A stretch of 64,000 nt of DNA from Candidatus Omnitrophota bacterium (GTDB lineage Bacteria; Omnitrophota; Gorgyraeia; Gygaellales; Profunditerraquicolaceae), in assembly GCA_041651035.1 (NCBI GenBank), contig JBAZKC010000003.1:133153-197152 (forward strand), written 5' to 3'. The notes under the pieces were generated by a model that was given only the letters and a program-made list of their open reading frames with translations, had not been told where the DNA came from and did not search any database. This document shows, in pieces, positions 39,520 through 48,600 of the stretch. The position numbers were made by a program, and so were the translations under genes. Positions within the stretch are counted from its first letter, which is position 1; the number at the start of each line of letters is the position of its first letter.

Positions 39520-40614
39520 ATGGTCAGAAATACCAGGATAAATTTATTTACGGTATCGGTGGTCCTGATATGTATCGGGATCGTTATGATTTACAGCGCC
39601 TCCAGCATTTATGCCTGGGAAAGGTATAAGGACGGTTTCTTTTTCTTAAAGAGGCATATCAGTTTCTTATGCATCGGGATAGCCCTGACGTTTTTGGTAA
39701 TGACCATTGATTACAGGAAACTAAGGAAGGTGGCCAGGCCGTTACTAATAGCTTCTTTGGTGCTGTTGGTTTTAGTATTAATACCCGGCATAGGCAGGGA
39801 AGTCTCCGGAGCGCGCAGGTGGTTTCGCTTCGGGTTGATCAGTTTCCAGCCTTCGGAACTGGCCATTATCAGTATGATCATTTATATAGCTGATTTTATC
39901 AGCCGCAAGGGAAATGTCATTAATCAATTTGTCAAAGGTTTTCTCCCGCCTATAGCGGTCCTGGGGTCCTGCGCGTTCCTGATCCTCTTACAGCCTGACC
40001 TGGGGAACACCCTGGCTATGGGAATAGTGGTTCTTATCATGCTTTTTGTCGCCGGTATAAAGACTTCGTATCTTCTGTCCCTGGTTTTAGCCAGCCTGCC
40101 CGCCCTGTATCTGCTTATATTAAGCGTGCCGTATAGAAGGACGCGTATTATGGCCTTCTTAAACCCCTGGTTAGACCCTAAGGGAAGCGGTTTTCAAATT
40201 ATCCAGTCGCAGGTCTCTTTAGGTTCAGGCGGGTTATTCGGGCTGGGGCTGGGGCATTCAAAGCAAAAATTATTTTACCTGCCCGCGGCACACACCGATT
40301 TTATTTTCTCGATCATCGGAGAAGAATTAGGCCTGCTGGGCACGCTGGGGATAATAATATTATTTATGGTCTTTATTTATCAGGGCCTTAAGATAATAAA
40401 GAACGCGCCGGATAAATTCGGCTATTTCCTGGCTTTGGGTTTAGTATTAATGATCTCTCTTAGGGCGGCTATAAATATCGGAGTTTCCTGCGGTATATTG
40501 CCTACTAAAGGGCTGCCGCTGCCGTTTATCAGCTACGGCGGGTCTTCTTTTATCTTTGATATGGTCAGTGTCGGCATACTTATAAATATCGCGCGCACCG
40601 GAGAGTATCCATGA
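39520..40614 (+). CDS. ftsW: Peptidoglycan glycosyltransferase FtsW (SEDS family)
   Basis: SEDS polytopic protein between murD and murG. Confidence 0.85.
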   Translation: MVRNTRINLFTVSVVLICIGIVMIYSASSIYAWERYKDGFFFLKRHISFLCIGIALTFLVMTIDYRKLRKVARPLLIASLVLLVLVLIPGIGREVSGARRWFRFGLISFQPSELAIISMIIYIADFISRKGNVINQFVKGFLPPIAVLGSCAFLILLQPDLGNTLAMGIVVLIMLFVAGIKTSYLLSLVLASLPALYLLILSVPYRRTRIMAFLNPWLDPKGSGFQIIQSQVSLGSGGLFGLGLGHSKQKLFYLPAAHTDFIFSIIGEELGLLGTLGIIILFMVFIYQGLKIIKNAPDKFGYFLALGLVLMISLRAAINIGVSCGILPTKGLPLPFISYGGSSFIFDMVSVGILINIARTGEYP

Positions 40615-41702
40615 GGGTTTTAGCGGTTACAGGTTCAAGCGGCGGGCACATATTCCCCGCCTTAAGTTTCCTGGATACATTAAAAGACAGGCATAAGGGG
40701 ATAGACGCGCTTTTAGTAATGCCCAGAAGTGCCGCGAGGTTCCATGTTCTAGCCGGGAAATGCAGAGTGGAGTATATTTCTATTTCTCCTCTCGGTTCAG
40801 GTTTTAATTTCAAGAATCTTAACGCCGTATTAAACTTACTGAAAGGTTCTTTAGAAAGCCTGTTTATCATGTTTGAATTCAGGCCTGATGTCGTAGTTGG
40901 GTTCGGCACTATCGATTGCGTCCCGTTGTTGCTGCTTGCCTGGATCTTCAGGGTCAAGACTTTAATACATGAACAGAATGTCTCCTTCGGCAGGGCCAAT
41001 AAATTATTAGCGCATTTCGCGGATAAAACCGCTATTTCTTTTGAAGAGACCCGGCAGTATTTAAAGTGCCGTAAAAAGAATATAGTGCTTACCGGCAACC
41101 CTATACGCAAAGAATTAAAGGTCATGGATAAACGCGAGGCTTTAAGTTTCTTTGGGTTAAAAGAAAGCAGGCTTACAGTCCTGGTAATGGGGGGCAGCCA
41201 GGCCAGCCACCGCATTAACCAGGGATTCCTGGAAGCGGTATCCGCGCTGCCGGATATATCTAAATTGCAGATCATCCATATCTGCGGGATCAAGGATTAT
41301 AAGTTCGTAAGGGATAAGTACAGGGCTTTAGACGCTGATTCCCGCGTTTTTGATTTTCTGGATGCTATGCAATATGCCTATAATGCCTGCGATCTGATAG
41401 TTTCGCGGGCAGGGGCGACCAGCATAACGGAGATGATGTATTTTGGCCTGCCGGCCATACTTATCCCTTATCCTTACGCCTATGAGCACCAGTTGAATAA
41501 TGCCAGGGTGCTGGAGAGCAAAGGGCGCGCTTTCATAATCAAGGATGAGGACCTGGATAAAGGCGCATTGACCCAGAGGATGGGCGCGTTTATAAACAAT
41601 CCCGGGGAACTTAAAGGCATGCGTTCTAATTACGCGCCCTTGCCGGAAAACAGCGCGGGCGATTTGCTGGTTAAGGAAGTCATGTCTTTGTCGGAGGCAT
41701 AA
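40611..41702 (+). CDS. murG: UDP-N-acetylglucosamine--N-acetylmuramyl-(pentapeptide) pyrophosphoryl-undecaprenol GlcNAc transferase
   Basis: GT28 family; GGTGGHIFPA N-terminal motif. Confidence 0.9.
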   Translation: MRVLAVTGSSGGHIFPALSFLDTLKDRHKGIDALLVMPRSAARFHVLAGKCRVEYISISPLGSGFNFKNLNAVLNLLKGSLESLFIMFEFRPDVVVGFGTIDCVPLLLLAWIFRVKTLIHEQNVSFGRANKLLAHFADKTAISFEETRQYLKCRKKNIVLTGNPIRKELKVMDKREALSFFGLKESRLTVLVMGGSQASHRINQGFLEAVSALPDISKLQIIHICGIKDYKFVRDKYRALDADSRVFDFLDAMQYAYNACDLIVSRAGATSITEMMYFGLPAILIPYPYAYEHQLNNARVLESKGRAFIIKDEDLDKGALTQRMGAFINNPGELKGMRSNYAPLPENSAGDLLVKEVMSLSEA

Positions 41703-41705
41703 CTC

Positions 41706-42494
41706 ATGCATAACAAAATAATAAAATATTGTTTTTGTTTATTGCTACTCCTGGCATTTTATAATTTCGCTATCGCCGCGGATAACAACTGGCATACAGC
41801 CAAGAGCACCCATTTTATCGTCTATTACAAGAATGCCCCGGAAGATTTCATAACGCAGCTTACTAATAAGTCCGAAGACTATTACGATAAGATCGCTTCA
41901 GACCTGGGGTTTACGCGTTTTAATTTCTGGCTCTGGGATAACCGCGCCAAGATATATATTCACGATAATGCCGCGGATTATCAGGCCTCTACCGGACAGC
42001 CGGGATGGTCCGGAGGAAGCACTCTAGCGTCGGCAAAAGTGATCTATACTTTCCCTTACGCGCAGGGGTTTTTTGAAAAGACGCTCCCGCATGAAATGGG
42101 CCATATTATATTCAGGGAATTCGTGGGGTTTGATAATCAGGCGATACCTCTCTGGCTTGAGGAGGGGGTAGCCTCTTATCAGGAAAAAACAACCTATTCT
42201 ATGGCAACAGCGTATATTAAGAAGGCAATTAAAGAGGGCAGTTTCATGCCCTTGGATAAATTATCTGATTTTGGGCCTTACCTTGGCGTCCCCGACGAAT
42301 TAGTGAGGCTGTTTTATATCGAATCATTCAGTATCGTGGATTTCTTGATCAGGGAATTCGGCAGGGACAAGTTCGTGTCCTTTTGCCAGGATTTAAGGGA
42401 CAAGAAGAATTTAACCAGGGCAATAGCGTCTAATTATCCTTTTAGCGACCTGCGTGAATTGGATGATGCCTGGCAGAAATATTTAAAGAAATGA
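41706..42494 (+). CDS. Secreted putative zinc metallopeptidase (HExxH...E gluzincin-like, Peptidase_MA-like) inserted in the dcw cluster
   Basis: Signal peptide; HEMGH followed 20 aa later by EEG (LWLEEGVASY); 4-nt gaps/overlaps with murG and murC. Confidence 0.5.
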   Translation: MHNKIIKYCFCLLLLLAFYNFAIAADNNWHTAKSTHFIVYYKNAPEDFITQLTNKSEDYYDKIASDLGFTRFNFWLWDNRAKIYIHDNAADYQASTGQPGWSGGSTLASAKVIYTFPYAQGFFEKTLPHEMGHIIFREFVGFDNQAIPLWLEEGVASYQEKTTYSMATAYIKKAIKEGSFMPLDKLSDFGPYLGVPDELVRLFYIESFSIVDFLIREFGRDKFVSFCQDLRDKKNLTRAIASNYPFSDLRELDDAWQKYLKK

Positions 42495-43876
42495 AAAATA
42501 GTATTTCCGGCGGCACGGATAAAAATTATCATTTTATAGGTATCGGCGGCATCGGCATGAGCGGTATCGCGCAGCTGCTTTTACACTGCGGGATAAAAGT
42601 AACCGGCTCGGACATAAAAGAAAGCAAAGTAATACAGGGGCTTAAAGGGCAGGGGGCCAGGATATTTATCGGGCATAGCCCCTTGAATATCAAAGGCGCG
42701 GATTTTATTGTTTATTCCTCCGCGGTCAAGGAAGATAACCCTGAGATAGTGGAAGCCAGAAGGCTGGGCATCCCGATACTAAAACGCGCGCAGGCCTTAG
42801 CCCGGCTTATGGAAGATAAGACGGTTATTACGGTTGCCGGCAGCCACGGGAAGACTACGACTACGTCTTTGGTATCTTATCTTTTGTTGGAAGCGGGTTT
42901 TTCCCCGACTATAGCTATAGGAGGCATCTTACGCAATATAGACACTAATGCCTGTTTAGGCAAGGGCGAATTCTTTGTGGCTGAGGCGGATGAATCGGAT
43001 GGGTCTTTTTTATATTACCGGCCGAAATATTCGATAATCACTAACATAGACCGTGAGCACCTTGATTACTATAAAGAATTTAAGAATGAATTAAGCGCGT
43101 TTGAGGAATTCTTGAATAAAACCCAAGCCGGCGGCTGCGTGTTTTGCTGCGCCGATGACGCGCATTTAAATAGGATGATAAAGGGCTATAAAAATAAGCG
43201 CGTGCTCTTTGGTTTAAAAGACAGCGCGGATATTTTTCCCAGGAATATATTATTAAAAGGATTGACTTGCGAGTTTGATTGTTTTTATAAGGGGAAATTC
43301 ATAGACAGGTTCCATCTGGCCTTAGGCGGAGAACATAATATTTCTAACGCGCTTTCGGTTATCGCCCTGGGCCTTGAGCTGGGCATAGACTTAAGATTTA
43401 TAAAGAATATCCTTAAGGATTATAAAGGCGCTAAGAGGCGGCTGGAGATAAGGCTGGATAAGGACGGCCTCCTGGTTATCGACGATTACGCGCATCACCC
43501 TAGCGAGATCAAGGCGTCGCTTAAGGCGATAAAGAATCTGAAGCGCAAGAGGGTTATAGCGGTATTCCAGCCGCACCGTTATTCCCGCACGAAGCTGCTT
43601 TTAGAGGAGTTTGGCAGGAGTTTTGATCTGGCGGATTGCGTTATTATCACGGATATCTACGCCGCGGGAGAGCCTGTATTAGAGGGGGTAGACGGCAGGG
43701 CGGTATTTGAAGAAATAAAAGGGCGCGCGCCGGATAAAGAGGTTATTTTCCTGCCAAAAGAGGAAATCGCGGCGCGTATTTTAGAGATGGTAAAACCTGA
43801 TGACGCCGTGGTAATGCTGGGTGCCGGAGATATTGTGAGGATCTGCGATGACTTGGTGGAAAGGCTTAAGAGGTAA
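42491..43876 (+). CDS. murC: UDP-N-acetylmuramate--L-alanine ligase
   Basis: P-loop GSHGKTTTT; Mur ligase family. Confidence 0.9.
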   Translation: MKNSISGGTDKNYHFIGIGGIGMSGIAQLLLHCGIKVTGSDIKESKVIQGLKGQGARIFIGHSPLNIKGADFIVYSSAVKEDNPEIVEARRLGIPILKRAQALARLMEDKTVITVAGSHGKTTTTSLVSYLLLEAGFSPTIAIGGILRNIDTNACLGKGEFFVAEADESDGSFLYYRPKYSIITNIDREHLDYYKEFKNELSAFEEFLNKTQAGGCVFCCADDAHLNRMIKGYKNKRVLFGLKDSADIFPRNILLKGLTCEFDCFYKGKFIDRFHLALGGEHNISNALSVIALGLELGIDLRFIKNILKDYKGAKRRLEIRLDKDGLLVIDDYAHHPSEIKASLKAIKNLKRKRVIAVFQPHRYSRTKLLLEEFGRSFDLADCVIITDIYAAGEPVLEGVDGRAVFEEIKGRAPDKEVIFLPKEEIAARILEMVKPDDAVVMLGAGDIVRICDDLVERLKR

Positions 43877-44729
43877 AATAAAATTTAAAGAGCCGCTTAA
43901 TAAACACACTACCTTTAAGATCGGCGGCCCTGCCGGATTTTTTGTCGAGCCTTACGATGCCGCTGATTTAAAATTGTTGATTGCTTCGGCAAAGAGATAT
44001 AAAATACGGATTTTAACGCTGGGCTTAGGCAGCAACATATTAATAAGCGATAAGGGAATCAGGGGAATAGTCTTACGGTTGAGTTCCCCTTTTTTTAAGA
44101 AAGTTTTTATAAGAGCAAATTATCTGGAAGCAGGCAGCGCCGTTACGCTGAACCGGATCGTCCAGGCGGCCTGCCAGCGGGGTTTCTCAGGAGTAGAATT
44201 CTTAGCGGGTATCCCCGGCACGCTGGGAGGGGCGTTAGTGATGAACGCGGGTGCCTGGGGCAGGAATATCGGGGAGCTGGTAGAGGAAGTTACCGTAATG
44301 GATCGTAACGGCAATATAAAACTTCTGCGTAAGAAAGATATAAAGTTTAAATACCGCTCCTCCAGTTTAGCCGCGTATATAATTTTAAGCGCCCGTATAA
44401 AACTCGCTAAGGGGAATAAAGAAAAGATCTCTTCCGGTATAAAGAAATATCTTGAATGCCGCCGCGATACGCAGGATGTTTCTTTTCCAGGCGCCGGATG
44501 CGCCTTTAAGAATCCTCCCGGGCAGTCGGCAGGCAGGTTGATAGATTTATGCGGCCTGAAAGGAAAAAAAGTAGGCGGCGCCGGCATATCCATGCGCCAT
44601 GCCAATTTCATATTAAATTGTAACCGCGCCAGCGCGCGTGATGTCATAAAATTAATGGGCTTAATCAGAAAAACAGTAAAGCATAAATTCAATATAAACT
44701 TGGAACCCGAGATAAAAATATGGAAATAG
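43848..44729 (+). CDS. murB: UDP-N-acetylenolpyruvoylglucosamine reductase
   Basis: FAD-binding domain and MurB C-terminal domain. Confidence 0.85.
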   Translation: MTWWKGLRGKIKFKEPLNKHTTFKIGGPAGFFVEPYDAADLKLLIASAKRYKIRILTLGLGSNILISDKGIRGIVLRLSSPFFKKVFIRANYLEAGSAVTLNRIVQAACQRGFSGVEFLAGIPGTLGGALVMNAGAWGRNIGELVEEVTVMDRNGNIKLLRKKDIKFKYRSSSLAAYIILSARIKLAKGNKEKISSGIKKYLECRRDTQDVSFPGAGCAFKNPPGQSAGRLIDLCGLKGKKVGGAGISMRHANFILNCNRASARDVIKLMGLIRKTVKHKFNINLEPEIKIWK

Positions 44730-45691
44730 ATTCAAAGGCTGAAAACAGGTTTGGCAGGATCGGCGTATTAATGGGCGGCCCTTCCACAGAGAGGGAGATC
44801 TCGCTTAGATCCGGAAAAGCGGTTTGCGATGCCCTTAAGGGGTCCGGCCTTGAGGCCGTAGCTATTGATCTGAAGACCGACAATAAAGAAGAGGTCGTAA
44901 GTTTGATAAAGTCTAATAATCTGGATTGTGTATTCCTGGCTTTGCACGGCAGTTTTGGCGAGGATGGGCAGATACAGGATATCCTGGAAACCTTAAAAAT
45001 GCCTTATACCGGTTCAGGCGTGAAAGCGAGCAAATTGGCTATGGATAAGATCGCTTCCCGACGTATATTTGAGGCTGCCGGTTTAAACGTCCCCAGGTAT
45101 AAAGTATTGGATAAAGGTTATCGTAATGAAGATTTAAGATCCTGTGATAACCTGGGCCTGCCTTTGGTGGTAAAGCCGGCAGGGCAAGGTTCCAGTATCG
45201 GGCTTTCAATTATTCATAAAGAAGAAGGCCTTAAGAAAGCCCTGGATCTGGCGTTTAGCGTGGACACAAAGGCAATAATCGAAGAGTATATAACAGGAAG
45301 AGAAATGACTGTGGGTATATTAGACGGCCGGCCGCTGCCGGTAATAGAGATAATCCCCAGGAATCCCTTTTTTGATTATGAAGCCAAATATCAGTCAGGA
45401 TCGACCGCTTATATTGTGCCGGCCCGCATAGAAGAAGGCATTGCCGAGAAGATAAAGGCGGCGGCTTTATCGGCGCATAAACTTTTGGGTTGTTTTGGCT
45501 GTTCGAGAGTGGATATTATTTTAAATAACGCGGGCCTGGCGGTAGTATTAGAGGTAAACAGCATCCCCGGCCTCTGCGCGACAAGTCTCCTGCCTAAGGC
45601 GGCGAAGTCAGCAGGCATAGAATTCAATGAGTTATGCGTCAAGTTAATTAAACTGGCTTATGAGAAAACCCCGGTTGCGTCTACCGACTAA
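44720..45691 (+). CDS. ddl: D-alanine--D-alanine ligase
   Basis: ATP-grasp fold; conserved Ddl N-terminus (GGxSxEREISLxSG). Confidence 0.9.
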   Translation: MEIDSKAENRFGRIGVLMGGPSTEREISLRSGKAVCDALKGSGLEAVAIDLKTDNKEEVVSLIKSNNLDCVFLALHGSFGEDGQIQDILETLKMPYTGSGVKASKLAMDKIASRRIFEAAGLNVPRYKVLDKGYRNEDLRSCDNLGLPLVVKPAGQGSSIGLSIIHKEEGLKKALDLAFSVDTKAIIEEYITGREMTVGILDGRPLPVIEIIPRNPFFDYEAKYQSGSTAYIVPARIEEGIAEKIKAAALSAHKLLGCFGCSRVDIILNNAGLAVVLEVNSIPGLCATSLLPKAAKSAGIEFNELCVKLIKLAYEKTPVASTD

Positions 45692-46448
45692 AACAATAGC
45701 CGTCTTCTTAATAATTTCCCTTGCTTTAGTATTTATTATGGGATATATTTGGGGAATCTTAAAGAATTCGGATTATTTTAAGATCAGGGATATTCTTTGT
45801 AAAGAAGGCGGCGCGGTTGAATTTTCCTATTTAAAGGGGAGGAATATATTCAGCGTGGACTTGAATAACGAGTCCAGGCGCCTGCTGGACCGTTATCCCG
45901 ATTGCAGCAGTATTAAACTGGCCAGGCTCTTGCCCGATAAGATATACGTGGATTTCCTGAGGCGCAAGCCCGTGGCCTTTGTAAAATTGTATAGGTATTT
46001 TACCGTGGATCAGGACGGGTTTCTTTTTTGCGCCCCGGACCAGCCCCAAGACTCAAGCCTGCCGGTTATCACAGGTTTAGAGACAAAGATATTTGGCCCA
46101 AAGCCCGGAAGAAAATATAATACCAGGGAGATCTCTCTGGCCTTGTATATAATAAAGGAATTCAACGCCAACAGGGTATTAAAGCGCTTAGTGATCAAGA
46201 AAATAGATATGGCTAATTTTTCCAACGCGTCGATTTTTCTGGGAAGGGGATCCAGGGACCTTGAGGTAAGGCTGGGGCCGGATAACATCAAAGATAAGAT
46301 CAGCATTCTGGCGGGGGTTATCATTCAGGCAAGCAAAGACCTGGGCACTTTAAAATATATCGACTTAAGGTTTAAAGAGCCGGTAATAAAATTTAATTCA
46401 CCCTCCGAGGCGTTGGCCCGCGAAACGAAGCGGCAGGGGGCTCATTAA
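45660..46448 (+). CDS. ftsQ: Cell-division protein FtsQ/DivIB (TM helix plus POTRA domain)
   Basis: Bitopic topology; position between ddl and ftsA. Confidence 0.7.
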   Translation: MRKPRLRLPTKTIAVFLIISLALVFIMGYIWGILKNSDYFKIRDILCKEGGAVEFSYLKGRNIFSVDLNNESRRLLDRYPDCSSIKLARLLPDKIYVDFLRRKPVAFVKLYRYFTVDQDGFLFCAPDQPQDSSLPVITGLETKIFGPKPGRKYNTREISLALYIIKEFNANRVLKRLVIKKIDMANFSNASIFLGRGSRDLEVRLGPDNIKDKISILAGVIIQASKDLGTLKYIDLRFKEPVIKFNSPSEALARETKRQGAH

Positions 46449-47713
46449 TGATGCTAAACTTAAATAATTATATCTGCGCCTTGGATATCGGTTCCAGCAA
46501 GATCGCCGCCTCTGTCGCCCAGATCAAGAAAGGCCGCGTTAATAATATCTTTTTTGACTCTGTTCTTTCCCGGGGCGTAAAGTGCGGGGCGATCATAGAT
46601 TCCATAGGCTTAGTTGACGCTATCGGCAAGCTTATGAAGAATTTAAAAGCCAGGTCCGGCATAAATATTAAATCCTTACATACCAATATTTCCGGCCAGG
46701 ATATAGTCACTAAGCGCAGCCGCGCGATTATTCCGCTGGCCGAAAGGGGCAATAAGGTTATTACCGTATCGGATATACAAAAAGTAAATGAGCAGGCGCG
46801 CATATTAGGCTCAAGCCTTGAAGAAGATATACTCCATATAGTGCCTTCCGGCTACTCGATAGACTCAAAGAGCAACATCGCCAATCCTCTGGGATTATAC
46901 AGCCACAGGCTGGAAGTCGACTTGTATCTGATCTGCGCGAAATTATCCTCCATCCAGACCTTAAGCCGTATAATAAACCAGTCGGGGTATGAAATAAAAG
47001 ATCTATCCCTTTCGGGGCTGGCTACGGCTAAAGCGGTATTTAATAGAGAACTAATGGGCAACGGGCTTAATTTATTTTGTGACATAGGCAGCGACACGAC
47101 AGAGCTGTTAATATTCAGGGACGGCGTATTAAAGGATACCGGGATCCTGCCTATCGGAGGGGATAATTTAACCGCGCAGCTTCAGGATTCCTTAAAGATA
47201 CCTTTTGAGCTGGCAGAGGACATAAAAAGGTCTTACGGGTTAGTAGGAGACTCCGCTCAGATCGGAGAAGACAAGGAAATACTGGTAAAAAAGAGCAATC
47301 TTTACAAGCCGATAAAACAAAGGCTGGTTTCAGAGATAATAACTCAGTCTGCCAAGCTTATCTGTTCTGGTATAAAAGATGCCGTGGAAAAGAAGGTATC
47401 CAGCCACGAGGTAAATAATTTTGTTGTCGCGGGAAGGACCGTCTTGCTGGAAGGTTTTATGGAGACACTGGAAAACGCGCTGTCAATCCAGGTAAGGCTG
47501 GGCCGCATTACCAATCCGGACATTCCTGTTGCGATAAAAGAATCCCCGGAGTTATCGGGGCAGAAGTATTTAACCTATCTTACCGCTTTGGGCATGATCT
47601 GCGAGGTTCTCCAGGATAAGGCAGGAAATTCAGGGACTGCCAGTAAACCTGCCAAAAATTCCCTCCTTAATGTCGTAAACAGATTCAGAGAAGTTTATCA
47701 GGAATATTTTTAA
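46448..47713 (+). CDS. ftsA: Cell-division protein FtsA (actin-like ATPase)
   Basis: Actin/Hsp70 fold phosphate-1 motif (ALDIGSSKI) and adenosine motif. Confidence 0.85.
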   Translation: MMLNLNNYICALDIGSSKIAASVAQIKKGRVNNIFFDSVLSRGVKCGAIIDSIGLVDAIGKLMKNLKARSGINIKSLHTNISGQDIVTKRSRAIIPLAERGNKVITVSDIQKVNEQARILGSSLEEDILHIVPSGYSIDSKSNIANPLGLYSHRLEVDLYLICAKLSSIQTLSRIINQSGYEIKDLSLSGLATAKAVFNRELMGNGLNLFCDIGSDTTELLIFRDGVLKDTGILPIGGDNLTAQLQDSLKIPFELAEDIKRSYGLVGDSAQIGEDKEILVKKSNLYKPIKQRLVSEIITQSAKLICSGIKDAVEKKVSSHEVNNFVVAGRTVLLEGFMETLENALSIQVRLGRITNPDIPVAIKESPELSGQKYLTYLTALGMICEVLQDKAGNSGTASKPAKNSLLNVVNRFREVYQEYF

Positions 47714-47724
47714 CCTTAGTTCCG

Positions 47725-47837
47725 ATTAGCTTTCCGGCTTTGCGTTCCGCGTGCTGAAAATTTTCTCCGCGCACTACTTTAAAACGCTATGCCGAAAATT
47801 TCCTAATGCACGCTCCAGCAAAGCCGCGAAAGCTAAT
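47725..47837. repeat. Intergenic palindromic repeat element, copy 3 of 3. Expanded variant with a roughly 38-bp internal insertion/partial duplication and extended terminal inverted repeat ATTAGCTTTCC/GGAAAGCTAAT.
   Basis: Shares both arms with 7185-7256 and 17231-17299; extra segment CCGCGCACTACTTTAAAACGCTATGCCGAAAATTTCCT between the arms. Confidence 0.75.
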
Positions 47838-47853
47838 CCTCGTTTAGTTTTGA

Positions 47854-47881
47854 TTGACCCTGCCATTTTCTCGTGTATAAT
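47854..47881 (+). promoter_or_regulatory. Sigma70 promoter for yggS-proC: TTGACC, 16 nt spacer, TATAAT
   Basis: Consensus hexamers immediately downstream of repeat copy 3. Confidence 0.5.
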
Positions 47882-47896
47882 ATACTATTAACCATT

Positions 47897-48592
47897 ATGG
47901 TCAAAGATAGTATCAATAAGATAAAAGAACGCATTTCTAGCGTCTGTTCCGGGCTTAATCAAGACCCCGGCCGGATAGTTATCGTCGCGGTAACTAAAGG
48001 AAGGACCCCGGCAGAGGTAAAAGAGGCAATTGAGGCGGGCTTGACCGATATTGGCGAGAATAGGGTCCAGGAAGCCGCGGTTAAATATAACGCTATACAG
48101 GCTAAAGGAACCGGTAATCCGCCAGCCATAAACTGGCACATGGTCGGCCATTTACAGACGAATAAAGTAAAAGAGGCGGTAGGAATATTTGGCCTGATTC
48201 AGTCTGTGGATAGCCTGCGCCTTGCGCGGGAAATTGATAAAGAAGCAGCTAAGATAAATAAAGTCCAGGATATATTAATTGAAATAAAGACGTCCCCTGA
48301 AGCAACTAAATCCGGGATAAATCCCGATGAGGCGCTTAAGGCCGTAGAAGAAATAGCCGGCTTCAAGAATATATATATAAAAGGCTTGATGACTATTGCC
48401 CCTGTTACGGATGATCCGGCCGCGGCCAGGCCGTATTTTAAGGTTTTGCGGGAGCTTAAAGATAAGATCAACGGATCAAGAATTATAGATCACGAACTGC
48501 AAGTTTTATCCATGGGCATGACTGATGATTTTGAGGCGGCGATAGAAGAGGGGTCTAATATGGTAAGGCTCGGTCGGGCAATCTTTGAATAA
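47897..48592 (+). CDS. yggS: YggS-family pyridoxal-phosphate homeostasis protein (PLPHP / YlmE). Start is the ATG at 47897; the ORF-track start at 47873 lies within the promoter.
   Basis: Alanine-racemase-like TIM barrel; conserved K in VAVTKGR and the HMVGHLQTNK block. Confidence 0.8.
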   Translation: MVKDSINKIKERISSVCSGLNQDPGRIVIVAVTKGRTPAEVKEAIEAGLTDIGENRVQEAAVKYNAIQAKGTGNPPAINWHMVGHLQTNKVKEAVGIFGLIQSVDSLRLAREIDKEAAKINKVQDILIEIKTSPEATKSGINPDEALKAVEEIAGFKNIYIKGLMTIAPVTDDPAAARPYFKVLRELKDKINGSRIIDHELQVLSMGMTDDFEAAIEEGSNMVRLGRAIFE

Positions 48593-48600
48593 TAAACCAA

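Noticed and set aside
40580-41293. 237-aa ORF on the minus strand
   Set aside because: Lies entirely antisense within murG, which has unambiguous motifs. It has no recognisable domain, is S/L/R-rich, and is typical of a shadow ORF.
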